Source of the DNA: Escherichia phage RudolfBernhard_Bas96 | DNA: 64,000 nt | Sequence record: PQ850623.1 | Strand: one strand, 5' to 3' | Shown: positions 1-8,637 of the stretch, piece after piece | How positions within the stretch are numbered: the stretch's first letter is position 1 | Layout: every line of letters begins with the position of its first letter | Position numbers and translations under genes: made by a program | The notes under the pieces: model-generated | Databases searched by the model: none | Seen by the model: the letters and a program-made list of their open reading frames with translations, nothing else | What the model was told of the DNA's origin: nothing

Positions 1-11
1 CATCAAAATAA

Positions 12-46
12 CAAAAAAAAAAAAAAACATCAGCTTTTTGAAGCTG
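12..46 (-). terminator. Putative rho-independent terminator for leftward transcription
   Basis: Hairpin CAGCTT-TTTG-AAGCTG (31-46) followed on the - strand by a 15-nt T run (A15 at 13-27 on +). Confidence 0.35.
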
Positions 47-85
47 GAGTGATGTAGTACACATTGCTGGCACTATTGATAAGCA

Positions 86-110
86 CCCCTCTTCGGAGGG
101 GTTATTTTTA
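86..110 (+). terminator. Rho-independent terminator
   Basis: Perfect 6-bp stem CCCCTC/GAGGGG with TTCG tetraloop followed by TTATTTTTA. Confidence 0.55.
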
Positions 111-136
111 TCATTAGAAAAAGTATTTAATCTTTG

Positions 137-165
137 AAGCCCATTAGGAGAGGGGCTTTTTTGTT
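137..165 (+). terminator. Rho-independent terminator (second of tandem pair)
   Basis: Stem AAGCCC/GGGCTT with 10-nt loop followed by TTTTTT. Confidence 0.5.
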
Positions 166-234
166 GTACCCCAAACTCACCTTTATGTAGACTGTTTCAG
201 TCAATCACGACTTAACTAACCTGAGAAAGTCCCT

Positions 235-567
235 ATGGGAAATGAACCAGATAACGTAACTCTAGCCAGACTCGAAGAGAGACTGAGAAACATTTTCGAA
301 AACCAAACTCGTGAAGCGAGGGAAAGGGAGAAAATGGAAGAGTCTATTAAAAAGCTAAGTGAGTCTATGGGCGACCTTAGTACCCGACTTAAACGGGTAG
401 AGGAAAGCATCACTAAGTCTGAACCTACCATCGAAGAGTTCATCACCATTAAACATAAAGTTGCTGGTGCTGGAATTTTTGGTAAGTGGGTATGGGCTGG
501 AGCAGGTGCAATTATTGGTGTATTGGCTGCTGCAAGACGGGAGATATTCGCATGGTTCGCAAGCTAA
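235..567 (+). CDS. Lysis-cassette membrane protein (holin/antiholin candidate)
   Basis: 110-aa ORF with ATG start; charged coiled-coil-like N-terminus and one C-terminal hydrophobic segment (GAGIFGKWVWAGAGAIIGVLAAA); sits directly upstream of the endolysin. Confidence 0.3.
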   Translation: MGNEPDNVTLARLEERLRNIFENQTREAREREKMEESIKKLSESMGDLSTRLKRVEESITKSEPTIEEFITIKHKVAGAGIFGKWVWAGAGAIIGVLAAARREIFAWFAS

Positions 568-812
568 AAAGAAAGATAGGGCTAGTTCCTAACTGGAAGA
601 AGTCCTGGAAGTGGGCATCTGTTCAGATTAGTGCATTTGGATTAATTCTATTTTCTGCTGTAGATATTATCCAACCAATGCTAACAGGACTACCACGTCA
701 CATCCTTGAAGATATTCCACATGGTTCCAGTATTACAATCGCACTGTTTGCTTTAAACATTGTAGGCAGACTAATACGATTCCATCCAAAGGAAGATTCT
801 CATGAAAGCTAA
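552..812 (+). CDS. Putative holin (two predicted TM segments)
   Basis: Internal ATG at 552 preceded by GGGAG RBS; basic N-terminus then two hydrophobic helices (ISAFGLILFSAV, ITIALFALNIVG); overlaps neighbours on both sides. Confidence 0.35.
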   Translation: MVRKLKRKIGLVPNWKKSWKWASVQISAFGLILFSAVDIIQPMLTGLPRHILEDIPHGSSITIALFALNIVGRLIRFHPKEDSHES

Positions 813-1437
813 ACAGAAACTTGCTGCAAAAGGTGGTGCAGTGGGAGGAGTTGTCGCTGCTATTCTGGGGGCAGTGTTCTATATGGAAGGAGGGTACGTA
901 AACAATCCTCACGACCCAGGTGGGGAAACTAATCATGGTATTACTCAATCAGTAGCCAAGTCTCATAAAGAAGTTCTGGCTACTGAGTATGGTTGGGATG
1001 GTTCCATGAAGGGTTTATCAAAAGAGATGGCTGCTGAGATATACATTGATGACTACGTACTTAAGCCTAACTTCGTAGCCTTCGCTGATATATCTCCTGC
1101 TGTAACACACAAACTGGTTGATGCTGGTGTTAACACTGGTGTAACCAGACCGGCTAAATGGTTGCAGCAATCCCTTAATGAAATGTCCCGTAATGGCAAA
1201 GACTACCCTAAAGTACAAGTTGATGGTAAAGTCGGTGCAGGTACTGTTAATGCATATAAAGCGTTACAGAAAAAACGAGGCAAAGTTGCAGCATGTCAGG
1301 TAATGATTAAGTTGCTTGATGCTAAACAACTGAACCACTACACCTCATTGAACATGCCAGACTTTACGTATGGTTGGGTAGCTAACCGAATCGGCAATGT
1401 GCCACTGGAGGCATGTAATGAAGATGCTAATCTCTAA
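802..1437 (+). CDS. Endolysin, GH108-family N-acetylmuramidase (N4 gp61-like) with SAR-like N-terminus
   Basis: 211 aa; EGGYVNNPHDPGGETNHGITQ matches the GH108 catalytic motif as I recall it; Gly/Ala-rich hydrophobic N-terminus GGAVGGVVAAILGAVF; RBS AAGGAAG. Confidence 0.75.
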   Translation: MKAKQKLAAKGGAVGGVVAAILGAVFYMEGGYVNNPHDPGGETNHGITQSVAKSHKEVLATEYGWDGSMKGLSKEMAAEIYIDDYVLKPNFVAFADISPAVTHKLVDAGVNTGVTRPAKWLQQSLNEMSRNGKDYPKVQVDGKVGAGTVNAYKALQKKRGKVAACQVMIKLLDAKQLNHYTSLNMPDFTYGWVANRIGNVPLEACNEDANL

Positions 1438-1918
1438 AGGTTGGCCTTATCTTCTGGTGGTGGTCCTCGGGGCCACCATTTACTTTTGGGGTAATTCCAA
1501 TGGACAGTCTACTGTTCAAAAGAAGTGGGATGCCCAAAAGGTTGAAGACCTGAAGGCAACACAAAAACTACAGGACAAATACAATGCTCTCCAAAGAAAC
1601 CATAGTTATGAAGTCGGGTTACTCACTTCCCGGTTGCAGACGGCTGAGAGTAATTACGCAAGCGAGCTTGCTCGCGTTAGCAGTGATTACGACAGCCGGA
1701 TGCAACAGTCTGAAAGACGAGCATCGGTATATAAACGTCAAGCCGAAGCCGGAACCCTTGAGTGCAGAAGTCTTGCAAGCCATGCAGCCAGACTCGACAA
1801 CAGTCTTGAAGAAGGCAGACGTTTGGTTGAAGAACTCCGGGCAACTGTTAGACTCCGTGACAACCAACTAATTGGGTTGGGTAAGCAAATTCAGGCTGAC
1901 CGTAAACTTTTTGAATAG
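1418..1918 (+). CDS. Rz-like inner-membrane spanin (i-spanin)
   Basis: ATG at 1418 with GGAGG RBS; N-terminal TM ([16 protein letters not shown]) followed by a long charged coiled-coil region; immediately after the endolysin. Confidence 0.5.
   Translation: MKMLISKGWPYLLVVVLGATIYFWGNSNGQSTVQKKWDAQKVEDLKATQKLQDKYNALQRNHSYEVGLLTSRLQTAESNYASELARVSSDYDSRMQQSERRASVYKRQAEAGTLECRSLASHAARLDNSLEEGRRLVEELRATVRLRDNQLIGLGKQIQADRKLFE
1584..1871 (+). CDS. Rz1-like outer-membrane lipoprotein spanin, embedded in Rz in the +1 frame
   Basis: ORF wholly inside the Rz gene in another frame; signal-peptide-like [12 protein letters not shown] ending in Cys (lipobox-like) then Pro-rich KPKPEPL; start may be ATG 1584 or 1608. 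Confidence 0.4.
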   Translation: MLSKETIVMKSGYSLPGCRRLRVITQASLLALAVITTAGCNSLKDEHRYINVKPKPEPLSAEVLQAMQPDSTTVLKKADVWLKNSGQLLDSVTTN

Positions 1919-1926
1919 GATTAACT

Positions 1927-4197
1927 ATGGAACACCAAGACACTTTTAAGCCTTTACCAGACCCGGCTCAATCAGAGAAGCTAACGGACTGGAAGAAGGA
2001 ACCAAGTATCCAATTACTGAAGGGTGATTTGGAATCAGCTAAACCTGCTCACGATGCAATTATGGCCCAGATTCGTGAGTGGAATGACCTAATGGAAGTC
2101 AAAGGTAAAGCTAAACCCCCAAAGGTTAAAGGTCGTTCACAAGTCCAACCTAGACTGGTTCGCCGTCAGGCAGAGTGGCGATATGCTCCATTGTCCGAGC
2201 CGTTCCTCTCATCTAATAAACTCTTTAAAGTAACTCCAGTTACTTTTGAAGATGAGTTAGCTGCACGTCAGAACGAATTAGTTCTTAACTACCAATTCCG
2301 TACACAGCTTAATAAAGTAAAACTAGTGGATGATTACGTACACAGTGTCGTAGATGACGGTACTGGTATTGCTCGTATTGGTTGGGAACGTAAGACTGTT
2401 AAGATTAAAACAGAAACACCAGTCTTCCAGTTGTATCCAATTGAGAATCAGGAACAGGCAGATGTTCTTCAACAGGCTTTACAGCTCCAGGCTGAGAATC
2501 CTCGTGAGTATGATGAAACTATGCCGGAAGATATTAAAGAAGCTGTTAACTACTTTAATGAAACTGGAGAAGCTACCTATGCAATCCAGACAGGGGTTAC
2601 TGAGGTAGAAGTAGAGAAGGCACTGGTTAACAGACCTACTGTTGAAATGCTTAACCCCAATAACGTAGTTATTGACCCAAGCTGTAATGGCGATTTGGAA
2701 AAGGCTCTGTACGCAGTTATCTCGTTTGAGACATGCAAAGCAGACCTCATGAAGAATAAAGACCGTTATCACAACTTAGATAAGATTGACTGGGAAAGTT
2801 CTAGTCCTATAACTGACCCAGACCATGAGAGTAAAACCCCTAGTGACTTCCAGTTTAAGGATGCACTTCGTAAGAAGGTTGTTGCTTACGAGTACTGGGG
2901 ATTTTACGACATCAATGATGATGGTTCTCTGGAACCAATTGTTGCTACCTGGATTGGTTCTACTCTTATCCGTATGGAGAAGAACCCATTTCCAGATGGT
3001 AAATTACCCTTAGTAGTTGTTCCTTACATGCCTCGTAAACGCGAACTCTTTGGTGAAGCTGACGCTGAACTGCTGGGGGATAACCAAGCAATTCTTGGTG
3101 CAACTATGCGTGGGATGATTGACCTGTTAGGTCGAAGTGCAAATGGACAACGTGGTTATCCTAAAGGGATGTTGGATACACTGAACCGACGTCGATATGA
3201 CGATGGGCAAGACTATGAATATAACCCAATGCAGGGTAATCCTAGTCAGGCCATTATGGAGCATAAGTTCCCTGAGTTACCCCAGTCGGCAATAGTAATG
3301 ACTCAGATGCAAAACCAGGAAGCTGAATCACTAACTGGTGTTAAAGCATTCTCAGGTGGTGTAACTGGTTCAGCTTATGGAGATGTGGCTGCTGGTATTC
3401 GTGGTGCACTTGATGCAGCATCCAAACGTGAGATGGCAATCCTTCGTCGATTAGCTAAGGGTATGGCAGACATTGGTACTAAGATTTGTGCAATGAATGC
3501 TGTGTTCTTATCTGAGAAAGAAGTAGTACGTATTACTAACGAGCAGTATGTAGAGATTAACCGTGAAGACCTTAAAGGTAACTTCGACATTGAGGTTGAT
3601 ATTAATACTGCTGAAATTGATAACCAGAAATCCCAGGACTTGAGCTTCATGGTTCAAACATTGGGTAATACGGTTGACCAAACTATTACGTTATCTCTTG
3701 TAGCTAAGATTGCAGAACTTAAACGTATGCCTGACCTGGCTCATGAGTTACGTACTTGGCAACCACAACCGGACCCTATGGAAGAACAGCTTAAGCAACT
3801 GGCAATTCAGAAAGCACAGCTTGAGAATGAAGAGTTACAAAGCAAGATTGCACTCAATATGGCTAAGGCTAAAGAGGCTGCTTCTGCTGGTGACCTTAAA
3901 GACCTGGATTATCTGGAACAGGAATCTGGTACTAAACATGCCCGTGATATGGAAAAACAAAAAGCACAATCTCAAGGAAACCAGAACCTTCAAATAACTA
4001 AGGCATTGACAACACCTATTAAAGAAGGGGAAACTACCCCCAACATATCTGCAGCTGTTGGATATAATACTTTGACTAACGGGAACTCTATACCAGAACG
4101 TGATTTAGCTGCTCAGCAAGACCCGGCTTATTCACTTAGTTCCCAATACTATGACCCTCGCCAAGACCCAGCATCGGCTCTTGGCATGAACCTGTAA
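1927..4197 (+). CDS. Portal protein (N4 gp59-like)
   Basis: 756-aa ORF with AGGA RBS; size and position (after lysis genes, before scaffold and capsid genes) match N4 late-gene order; no motif check possible by eye. Confidence 0.6.
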   Translation: MEHQDTFKPLPDPAQSEKLTDWKKEPSIQLLKGDLESAKPAHDAIMAQIREWNDLMEVKGKAKPPKVKGRSQVQPRLVRRQAEWRYAPLSEPFLSSNKLFKVTPVTFEDELAARQNELVLNYQFRTQLNKVKLVDDYVHSVVDDGTGIARIGWERKTVKIKTETPVFQLYPIENQEQADVLQQALQLQAENPREYDETMPEDIKEAVNYFNETGEATYAIQTGVTEVEVEKALVNRPTVEMLNPNNVVIDPSCNGDLEKALYAVISFETCKADLMKNKDRYHNLDKIDWESSSPITDPDHESKTPSDFQFKDALRKKVVAYEYWGFYDINDDGSLEPIVATWIGSTLIRMEKNPFPDGKLPLVVVPYMPRKRELFGEADAELLGDNQAILGATMRGMIDLLGRSANGQRGYPKGMLDTLNRRRYDDGQDYEYNPMQGNPSQAIMEHKFPELPQSAIVMTQMQNQEAESLTGVKAFSGGVTGSAYGDVAAGIRGALDAASKREMAILRRLAKGMADIGTKICAMNAVFLSEKEVVRITNEQYVEINREDLKGNFDIEVDINTAEIDNQKSQDLSFMVQTLGNTVDQTITLSLVAKIAELKRMPDLAHELRTWQPQPDPMEEQLKQLAIQKAQLENEELQSKIALNMAKAKEAASAGDLKDLDYLEQESGTKHARDMEKQKAQSQGNQNLQITKALTTPIKEGETTPNISAAVGYNTLTNGNSIPERDLAAQQDPAYSLSSQYYDPRQDPASALGMNL

Positions 4198-4210
4198 GGC
4201 AGACCTTCAC

Positions 4211-4555
4211 ATGAGTAAAGAATCAACAATCGCTGGACTGGAACATCGACTGGAAGCTGCTAAAGGTGCAGTTGCACATGCAGAAGATGTACGTAAACTT
4301 CTGGAGAACCCACTGTTCCGTAAAGTAATCCTTCGCCAGTTCTGTACTGAAGATTGTGCACGTTACGTGCAAGAGTCTGGTGACCCACTGCTTGAAGCAA
4401 ATAACCGTGCAGATGCATTGAACATGGCTCAAGCTGCTGGTCACTTACGTCGTTGGCTCGACCTCGCTATTCGTATGGGCGAAAACGAAGCTGATGTTAT
4501 TCTACAGGTAGAAGAAGAACTCGACGCAGTTCGTGCTGAACCTGAAGACGAATAA
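4211..4555 (+). CDS. Hypothetical late protein
   Basis: 114-aa ORF, ATG start, tightly packed between portal and scaffold-like gene. Confidence 0.5.
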   Translation: MSKESTIAGLEHRLEAAKGAVAHAEDVRKLLENPLFRKVILRQFCTEDCARYVQESGDPLLEANNRADALNMAQAAGHLRRWLDLAIRMGENEADVILQVEEELDAVRAEPEDE

Positions 4556-4574
4556 TTAACCGGAGATATTTCCT

Positions 4575-5795
4575 ATGACTACGGAAGCTGCAACCACAGC
4601 TTCCGACATTCTCGCAATGTCGGATGATGAGATTCTGAATATGGAAGCCCCAGCAATTATCGCTGAGGAAGATACTTCCACTCAGAACAACCCAGAAACC
4701 AACGGCGTACAGACTCCTGATGAAGAAGTTGACACCCCTGCTGTTGAAGACCTACCAACCGAAGAAACCTCCCCTGAAGCCGAACCAGATGAAGAAGATT
4801 CAGCAAATACTTTAACTTCTGATAAAGTTGATGATAAAGTTGTTGACACAGAAGTTGATAGTAACGGTGAGCCGATTACTAAAGCTGAACCTTCTACTAC
4901 TGAACCAGGCCAGGAACAGGAAGAAGAAGGCAAACAGTCTGAAGGTCTGCCTGCTGACTTCAACTATAAGGAAGGTTACGAAAAGTTGATGGCTCCTTTT
5001 AAAGCTAACGGCAAAGTGATTACTCCCCGTTCACCGGAGGAGGCCATTAGCCTGATGCAGATGGGTGCTAACTATACTCGTAAGATGCAAGAACTAAAGC
5101 CTTACCGTAAGGTAATGCTGATGTTACAGAACAACGGTTTAATGGATGAGGATAAACTTTCTTTCCTTATTGACCTGGATAAAAAGAATCCAGAAGCCAT
5201 TAAGAAGTTGCTCAAAGACTCTGGTACAGATCCTCTGGACTTTAACCCAGATGAGGAAATTAACTACCAGGGTGGCAATCACCGTGTTACCGACACCGAA
5301 GCAGATTTTGCAACCGAAATTGACGACTTAAAGTCTACTCAAGAAGGACAAGCTACATTAGGTGTTATCGGCTCGACATGGGATGCTGCCAGTAAAGATG
5401 CTCTTTACCAGAATCGTGGCCTACTCCAGACTATTCACGAACAACGTGAGAATGGTATTTATGACACCATTGCAAACGAAGTGAACCGTCTTCAGATGTT
5501 AGGCCAGATTCCGGTAGGTACTCCGTTCATTCAGGCTTATAACCACGTCGGTAACCTCCTTGCACAACAAGGGGCATTTAACCGAGTGGCTAAGCCAGAA
5601 TCGGTACAAGCAGTCAAGCCAGTGGTTCAGCCGGTAGTGCGTGTAGCACAACCTAAGCAGACTCTGGCTAACAGTGAGCAAGCTAAAGCAGCTTCCCTTA
5701 ATCGGGCTGCTACACGTAAAGCAACACCTATTGTAAACCCACTCGCTATGAGTGATGAAGATTTCGCTAAACTCCCAGTACCGGGTAGTCTTTAA
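4575..5795 (+). CDS. Acidic scaffold-like protein (putative scaffolding protein)
   Basis: 406 aa; highly acidic, Pro/Glu-rich N-terminal third; directly upstream of the capsid gene; GGAG RBS. Confidence 0.4.
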   Translation: MTTEAATTASDILAMSDDEILNMEAPAIIAEEDTSTQNNPETNGVQTPDEEVDTPAVEDLPTEETSPEAEPDEEDSANTLTSDKVDDKVVDTEVDSNGEPITKAEPSTTEPGQEQEEEGKQSEGLPADFNYKEGYEKLMAPFKANGKVITPRSPEEAISLMQMGANYTRKMQELKPYRKVMLMLQNNGLMDEDKLSFLIDLDKKNPEAIKKLLKDSGTDPLDFNPDEEINYQGGNHRVTDTEADFATEIDDLKSTQEGQATLGVIGSTWDAASKDALYQNRGLLQTIHEQRENGIYDTIANEVNRLQMLGQIPVGTPFIQAYNHVGNLLAQQGAFNRVAKPESVQAVKPVVQPVVRVAQPKQTLANSEQAKAASLNRAATRKATPIVNPLAMSDEDFAKLPVPGSL

Positions 5796-5811
5796 ACAGG
5801 AATAAGATGAT

Positions 5812-7014
5812 ATGTTAAATTATAACGCCCCAATTGACGGTCAGAAATCTAGCATTGATGGTGCTGGTTCCGACCAGATGAATACCTATTACTGGCTGAA
5901 GAAGGCTATTATTCAGTCTCGTAAAGACCAGTACTTCATGCCTCTGGCTAACACCATTAACATGCCGAAGAACTACGGTAAAACTGTTAAGGTGTATGAG
6001 TACGTTCCACTGCTTGACGATAAGAACATTAACGACCAGGGTATTGATGCTAATGGCGCTACCATCGTTAATGGTAACCTGTACGGTTCTTCCAGAGACG
6101 TTGGTAACATCACTTCTAAACTGCCTCTGCTGACAGAGAACGGTGGTCGTGTTAACCGTGTGGGCTTTACTCGTCTGTCTCGTGAAGGTTCCATCCATAA
6201 GTTCGGTTTCTTCTACGAATTTACTCAAGAGTCCTTGGACTTTGATTCTGATGATCAACTGAAAGAACACCTGTCTCGTGAACTGATGAACGGTGCTGTA
6301 CAGTTGACTGAAGCTGTTCTCCAGAAAGACCTGTTGGCTGCTGCTGGTACTGTATTGTATGCAGGTGCTGCTACCTCCGATGCCACCATCACTGGTGAAG
6401 GTTCTACCCCGTCCGTAGTTTCTTATAAGAACCTGATGCGTCTTGACCAGATTCTTACTGAGAACCGTACTCCGACTCAGACTACTATCATCACTGGTTC
6501 TAAACTTACCGATACCAAAGTACTTGGTGGTACTCGTGTAATGTACGTTGGTTCTGAACTGGTTCCAGAACTGAAAGCGATGAAAGACCTGTTCGGTAAC
6601 AAAGCATTCATCGAGGTTCAGCACTATGCTGATGCCGGTACTCTGATGAATGGTGAGATTGGTTGTATCGACAAGTTCCGTATTATTCAGGTTCCTGAGA
6701 TGCTGCATTGGGCAGGTGCTGGTGCTCAGGTTACTACTAACCCGGGTTATCGCTCTTCTATGGTTAGTGGGCAAGAACACTACGACGTATTCCCGATGCT
6801 GGTAGTTGGTGATGACTCCTTCTCTACCATTGGCTTCCAGACTGATGGTAAGTCTGTTAAGTTCTCCATCATGACTAAGATGCCTGGTCGAGAAACTGCT
6901 GACCGTAATGACCCGTATGGTGAGACTGGCTTTAGTTCCATCAAGTGGTACTACGGTATTCTGGTTAAACGTCCAGAACGTCTGGCTCTGATTAAGACTG
7001 TTGCTCCTCTGTAA
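5812..7014 (+). CDS. Major capsid protein (N4 gp56-like)
   Basis: 400 aa; strong RBS AGGAATAAG; strongly biased codon use (the antisense strand is stop-free for 472 codons); followed by a hairpin; position matches N4 order. Confidence 0.65.
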   Translation: MLNYNAPIDGQKSSIDGAGSDQMNTYYWLKKAIIQSRKDQYFMPLANTINMPKNYGKTVKVYEYVPLLDDKNINDQGIDANGATIVNGNLYGSSRDVGNITSKLPLLTENGGRVNRVGFTRLSREGSIHKFGFFYEFTQESLDFDSDDQLKEHLSRELMNGAVQLTEAVLQKDLLAAAGTVLYAGAATSDATITGEGSTPSVVSYKNLMRLDQILTENRTPTQTTIITGSKLTDTKVLGGTRVMYVGSELVPELKAMKDLFGNKAFIEVQHYADAGTLMNGEIGCIDKFRIIQVPEMLHWAGAGAQVTTNPGYRSSMVSGQEHYDVFPMLVVGDDSFSTIGFQTDGKSVKFSIMTKMPGRETADRNDPYGETGFSSIKWYYGILVKRPERLALIKTVAPL

Positions 7015-7032
7015 TAGTCCTAAATAAAACAA

Positions 7033-7058
7033 GGGGGACATAAGTCCCCCTCTTAATA
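7033..7058 (+). terminator. Hairpin terminator after capsid gene
   Basis: Perfect stem GGGGGAC/GTCCCCC with ATAA loop, then T/A-rich tail. Confidence 0.45.
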
Positions 7059-7081
7059 AAACTAGTTGAACCACAGGAAAT

Positions 7082-7723
7082 ATGAACATGAGCATTAACG
7101 ATAAACCGACCACTGACGTAGAACTGGACGTACAGGGCAACGAAGATACCGTTAACGATATTGCAATGCCTAGCGAACTTGAAGTTCTTAAGCAACGTGC
7201 AACGTTGATGAATATTAAGTTCTCTAACAACATCTCCGTTGAGAAGCTCCGTGAGAAGATTGAAGCTGCACAAGCAAAAGACGAACCAGAAGTAAAAGAA
7301 TCTGCTGTTAACCCTTTGGGTGAAAAACAGGAAGCTGGTGTTAAGAAAATGACCCTGGGTCAGAAGATTCGTGCAGAACAGACTCGACTGATTCGTGTAC
7401 GTATCCAGAACCTTGATCCCAAGAAGAAAGACCTGCCGGGTGAGATTATCACCGTAGCTAACGAATATATGGGTACTGTACGTAAGTTTGTTCCATTCGG
7501 TGAAGTCACCGACAATGGTTATCATATTCCGTACTGTATTTACGAGTTCCTTAAAGAGCGTAAGTTCATCAACATTACGACTCGTAAAGGTAAGAATGGC
7601 TTACCGGATATCCGTGCAACAGAAGCACGAGAGTTCTCCATTGAAGTATTGCCTCCGCTGACTGAAGCAGAATTGGCTCAACTGGCTCAAGCACAGATTG
7701 CTGCTGGTAGCCTGAACGATTAA
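7082..7723 (+). CDS. Virion-associated protein (N4 gp55-like position)
   Basis: 213 aa; RBS AGGAAA; synteny only. Confidence 0.45.
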   Translation: MNMSINDKPTTDVELDVQGNEDTVNDIAMPSELEVLKQRATLMNIKFSNNISVEKLREKIEAAQAKDEPEVKESAVNPLGEKQEAGVKKMTLGQKIRAEQTRLIRVRIQNLDPKKKDLPGEIITVANEYMGTVRKFVPFGEVTDNGYHIPYCIYEFLKERKFINITTRKGKNGLPDIRATEAREFSIEVLPPLTEAELAQLAQAQIAAGSLND

Positions 7724-7744
7724 CGTATAAGCTACAGTTCAACA

Positions 7745-7781
7745 CGGCTCACTGGGGTAACTCCGTGGGCCGTTTCTTTTT
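7745..7781 (+). terminator. Putative rho-independent terminator
   Basis: 8-bp stem CGGCTCAC/GTGGGCCG (one G-U) with 11-nt loop, followed by TTTCTTTTT. Confidence 0.45.
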
Positions 7782-7799
7782 GAACCAAGAGGAATGATT

Positions 7800-8636
7800 A
7801 TGTCTTGTTCTGCTGAGGTAGAAGCTAACCGACTCCTAGAAGAGTTAACTAAGGGTGATGACTTTACCCTCCCTGACATTGATATGTCTGGTCCTGAATG
7901 GGATATCCCTGGTGGTGATAATTCCCCAATCTTTGATGCTATTACTAAAGTAACAAATGAATCACTTACTACCCGTGAAGTAGGTGGTAGTGGTACGTTT
8001 GATGCATTAATGGAATCTGCACACAATCACCTTAAAGCTGAGTTTAAAGCTAATCGTATTACTGGTGGTGAATATACCAAAGCATACATTGCTATGATGG
8101 AATCGTGCATGAGTAATGCTGTTCAGTTTTTACTTGGTCGTGACCAAGCATACTGGGCTGCTGCTATGGCACAGATTCAGGCAGTTACTGCACGTGTTCA
8201 ATTGGCAACCTCTAAAGCACAGTTTGTACTGGCTAAGATTCAGGCACTGTCTGCTAAGAGTGAATATGCTCTCACTAAGATGAAGATTGCTACCGAGTCT
8301 GAAACATACTGTGCTGCATTGTTTAATGCTGACCAGATGTTACCTCAACAGCTTAAACTGATTACTGAGCAGACCGAAGCACAACGTGCACAGACACTGG
8401 ATACCCGAAGTGATGGGGCTACTGTTACTGGTTCCGTAGGTAAGCAGAAAGAGTTGTACTCTCAACAGATTACTTCTTATCAACGTGATGCAGAAGTTAA
8501 AGCATCTAAGTTGTTTACCGATGCATGGATTACACAGAAGACTATTGATGAAGGCTTGAACCCACCTAATGGTTTCACTAACGCAAGTATTGATACCATT
8601 CTGACCAAGCTGAAGTCTAACAACGGGCTGAACTAA
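7800..8636 (+). CDS. Virion protein (N4 gp54-like position)
   Basis: ORF 7794-8636; ATG at 7800 has better spacing to the AGAGGA RBS; coiled-coil-rich. Confidence 0.5.
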   Translation: MSCSAEVEANRLLEELTKGDDFTLPDIDMSGPEWDIPGGDNSPIFDAITKVTNESLTTREVGGSGTFDALMESAHNHLKAEFKANRITGGEYTKAYIAMMESCMSNAVQFLLGRDQAYWAAAMAQIQAVTARVQLATSKAQFVLAKIQALSAKSEYALTKMKIATESETYCAALFNADQMLPQQLKLITEQTEAQRAQTLDTRSDGATVTGSVGKQKELYSQQITSYQRDAEVKASKLFTDAWITQKTIDEGLNPPNGFTNASIDTILTKLKSNNGLN

Positions 8637-8637
8637 T

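Noticed and set aside
5815-7233. 472-aa ORF on the - strand antisense to the capsid gene
   Set aside because: It runs through the capsid gene, its terminator and the next gene start; its translation is low-complexity (Ser/Thr/Leu/Val). It is best explained by the strong codon bias of the sense gene removing antisense stops.
6992-7525. 177-aa - strand ORF overlapping the 7082-7723 gene
   Set aside because: Antisense to a well-supported + strand gene with its own RBS; no independent start signal.
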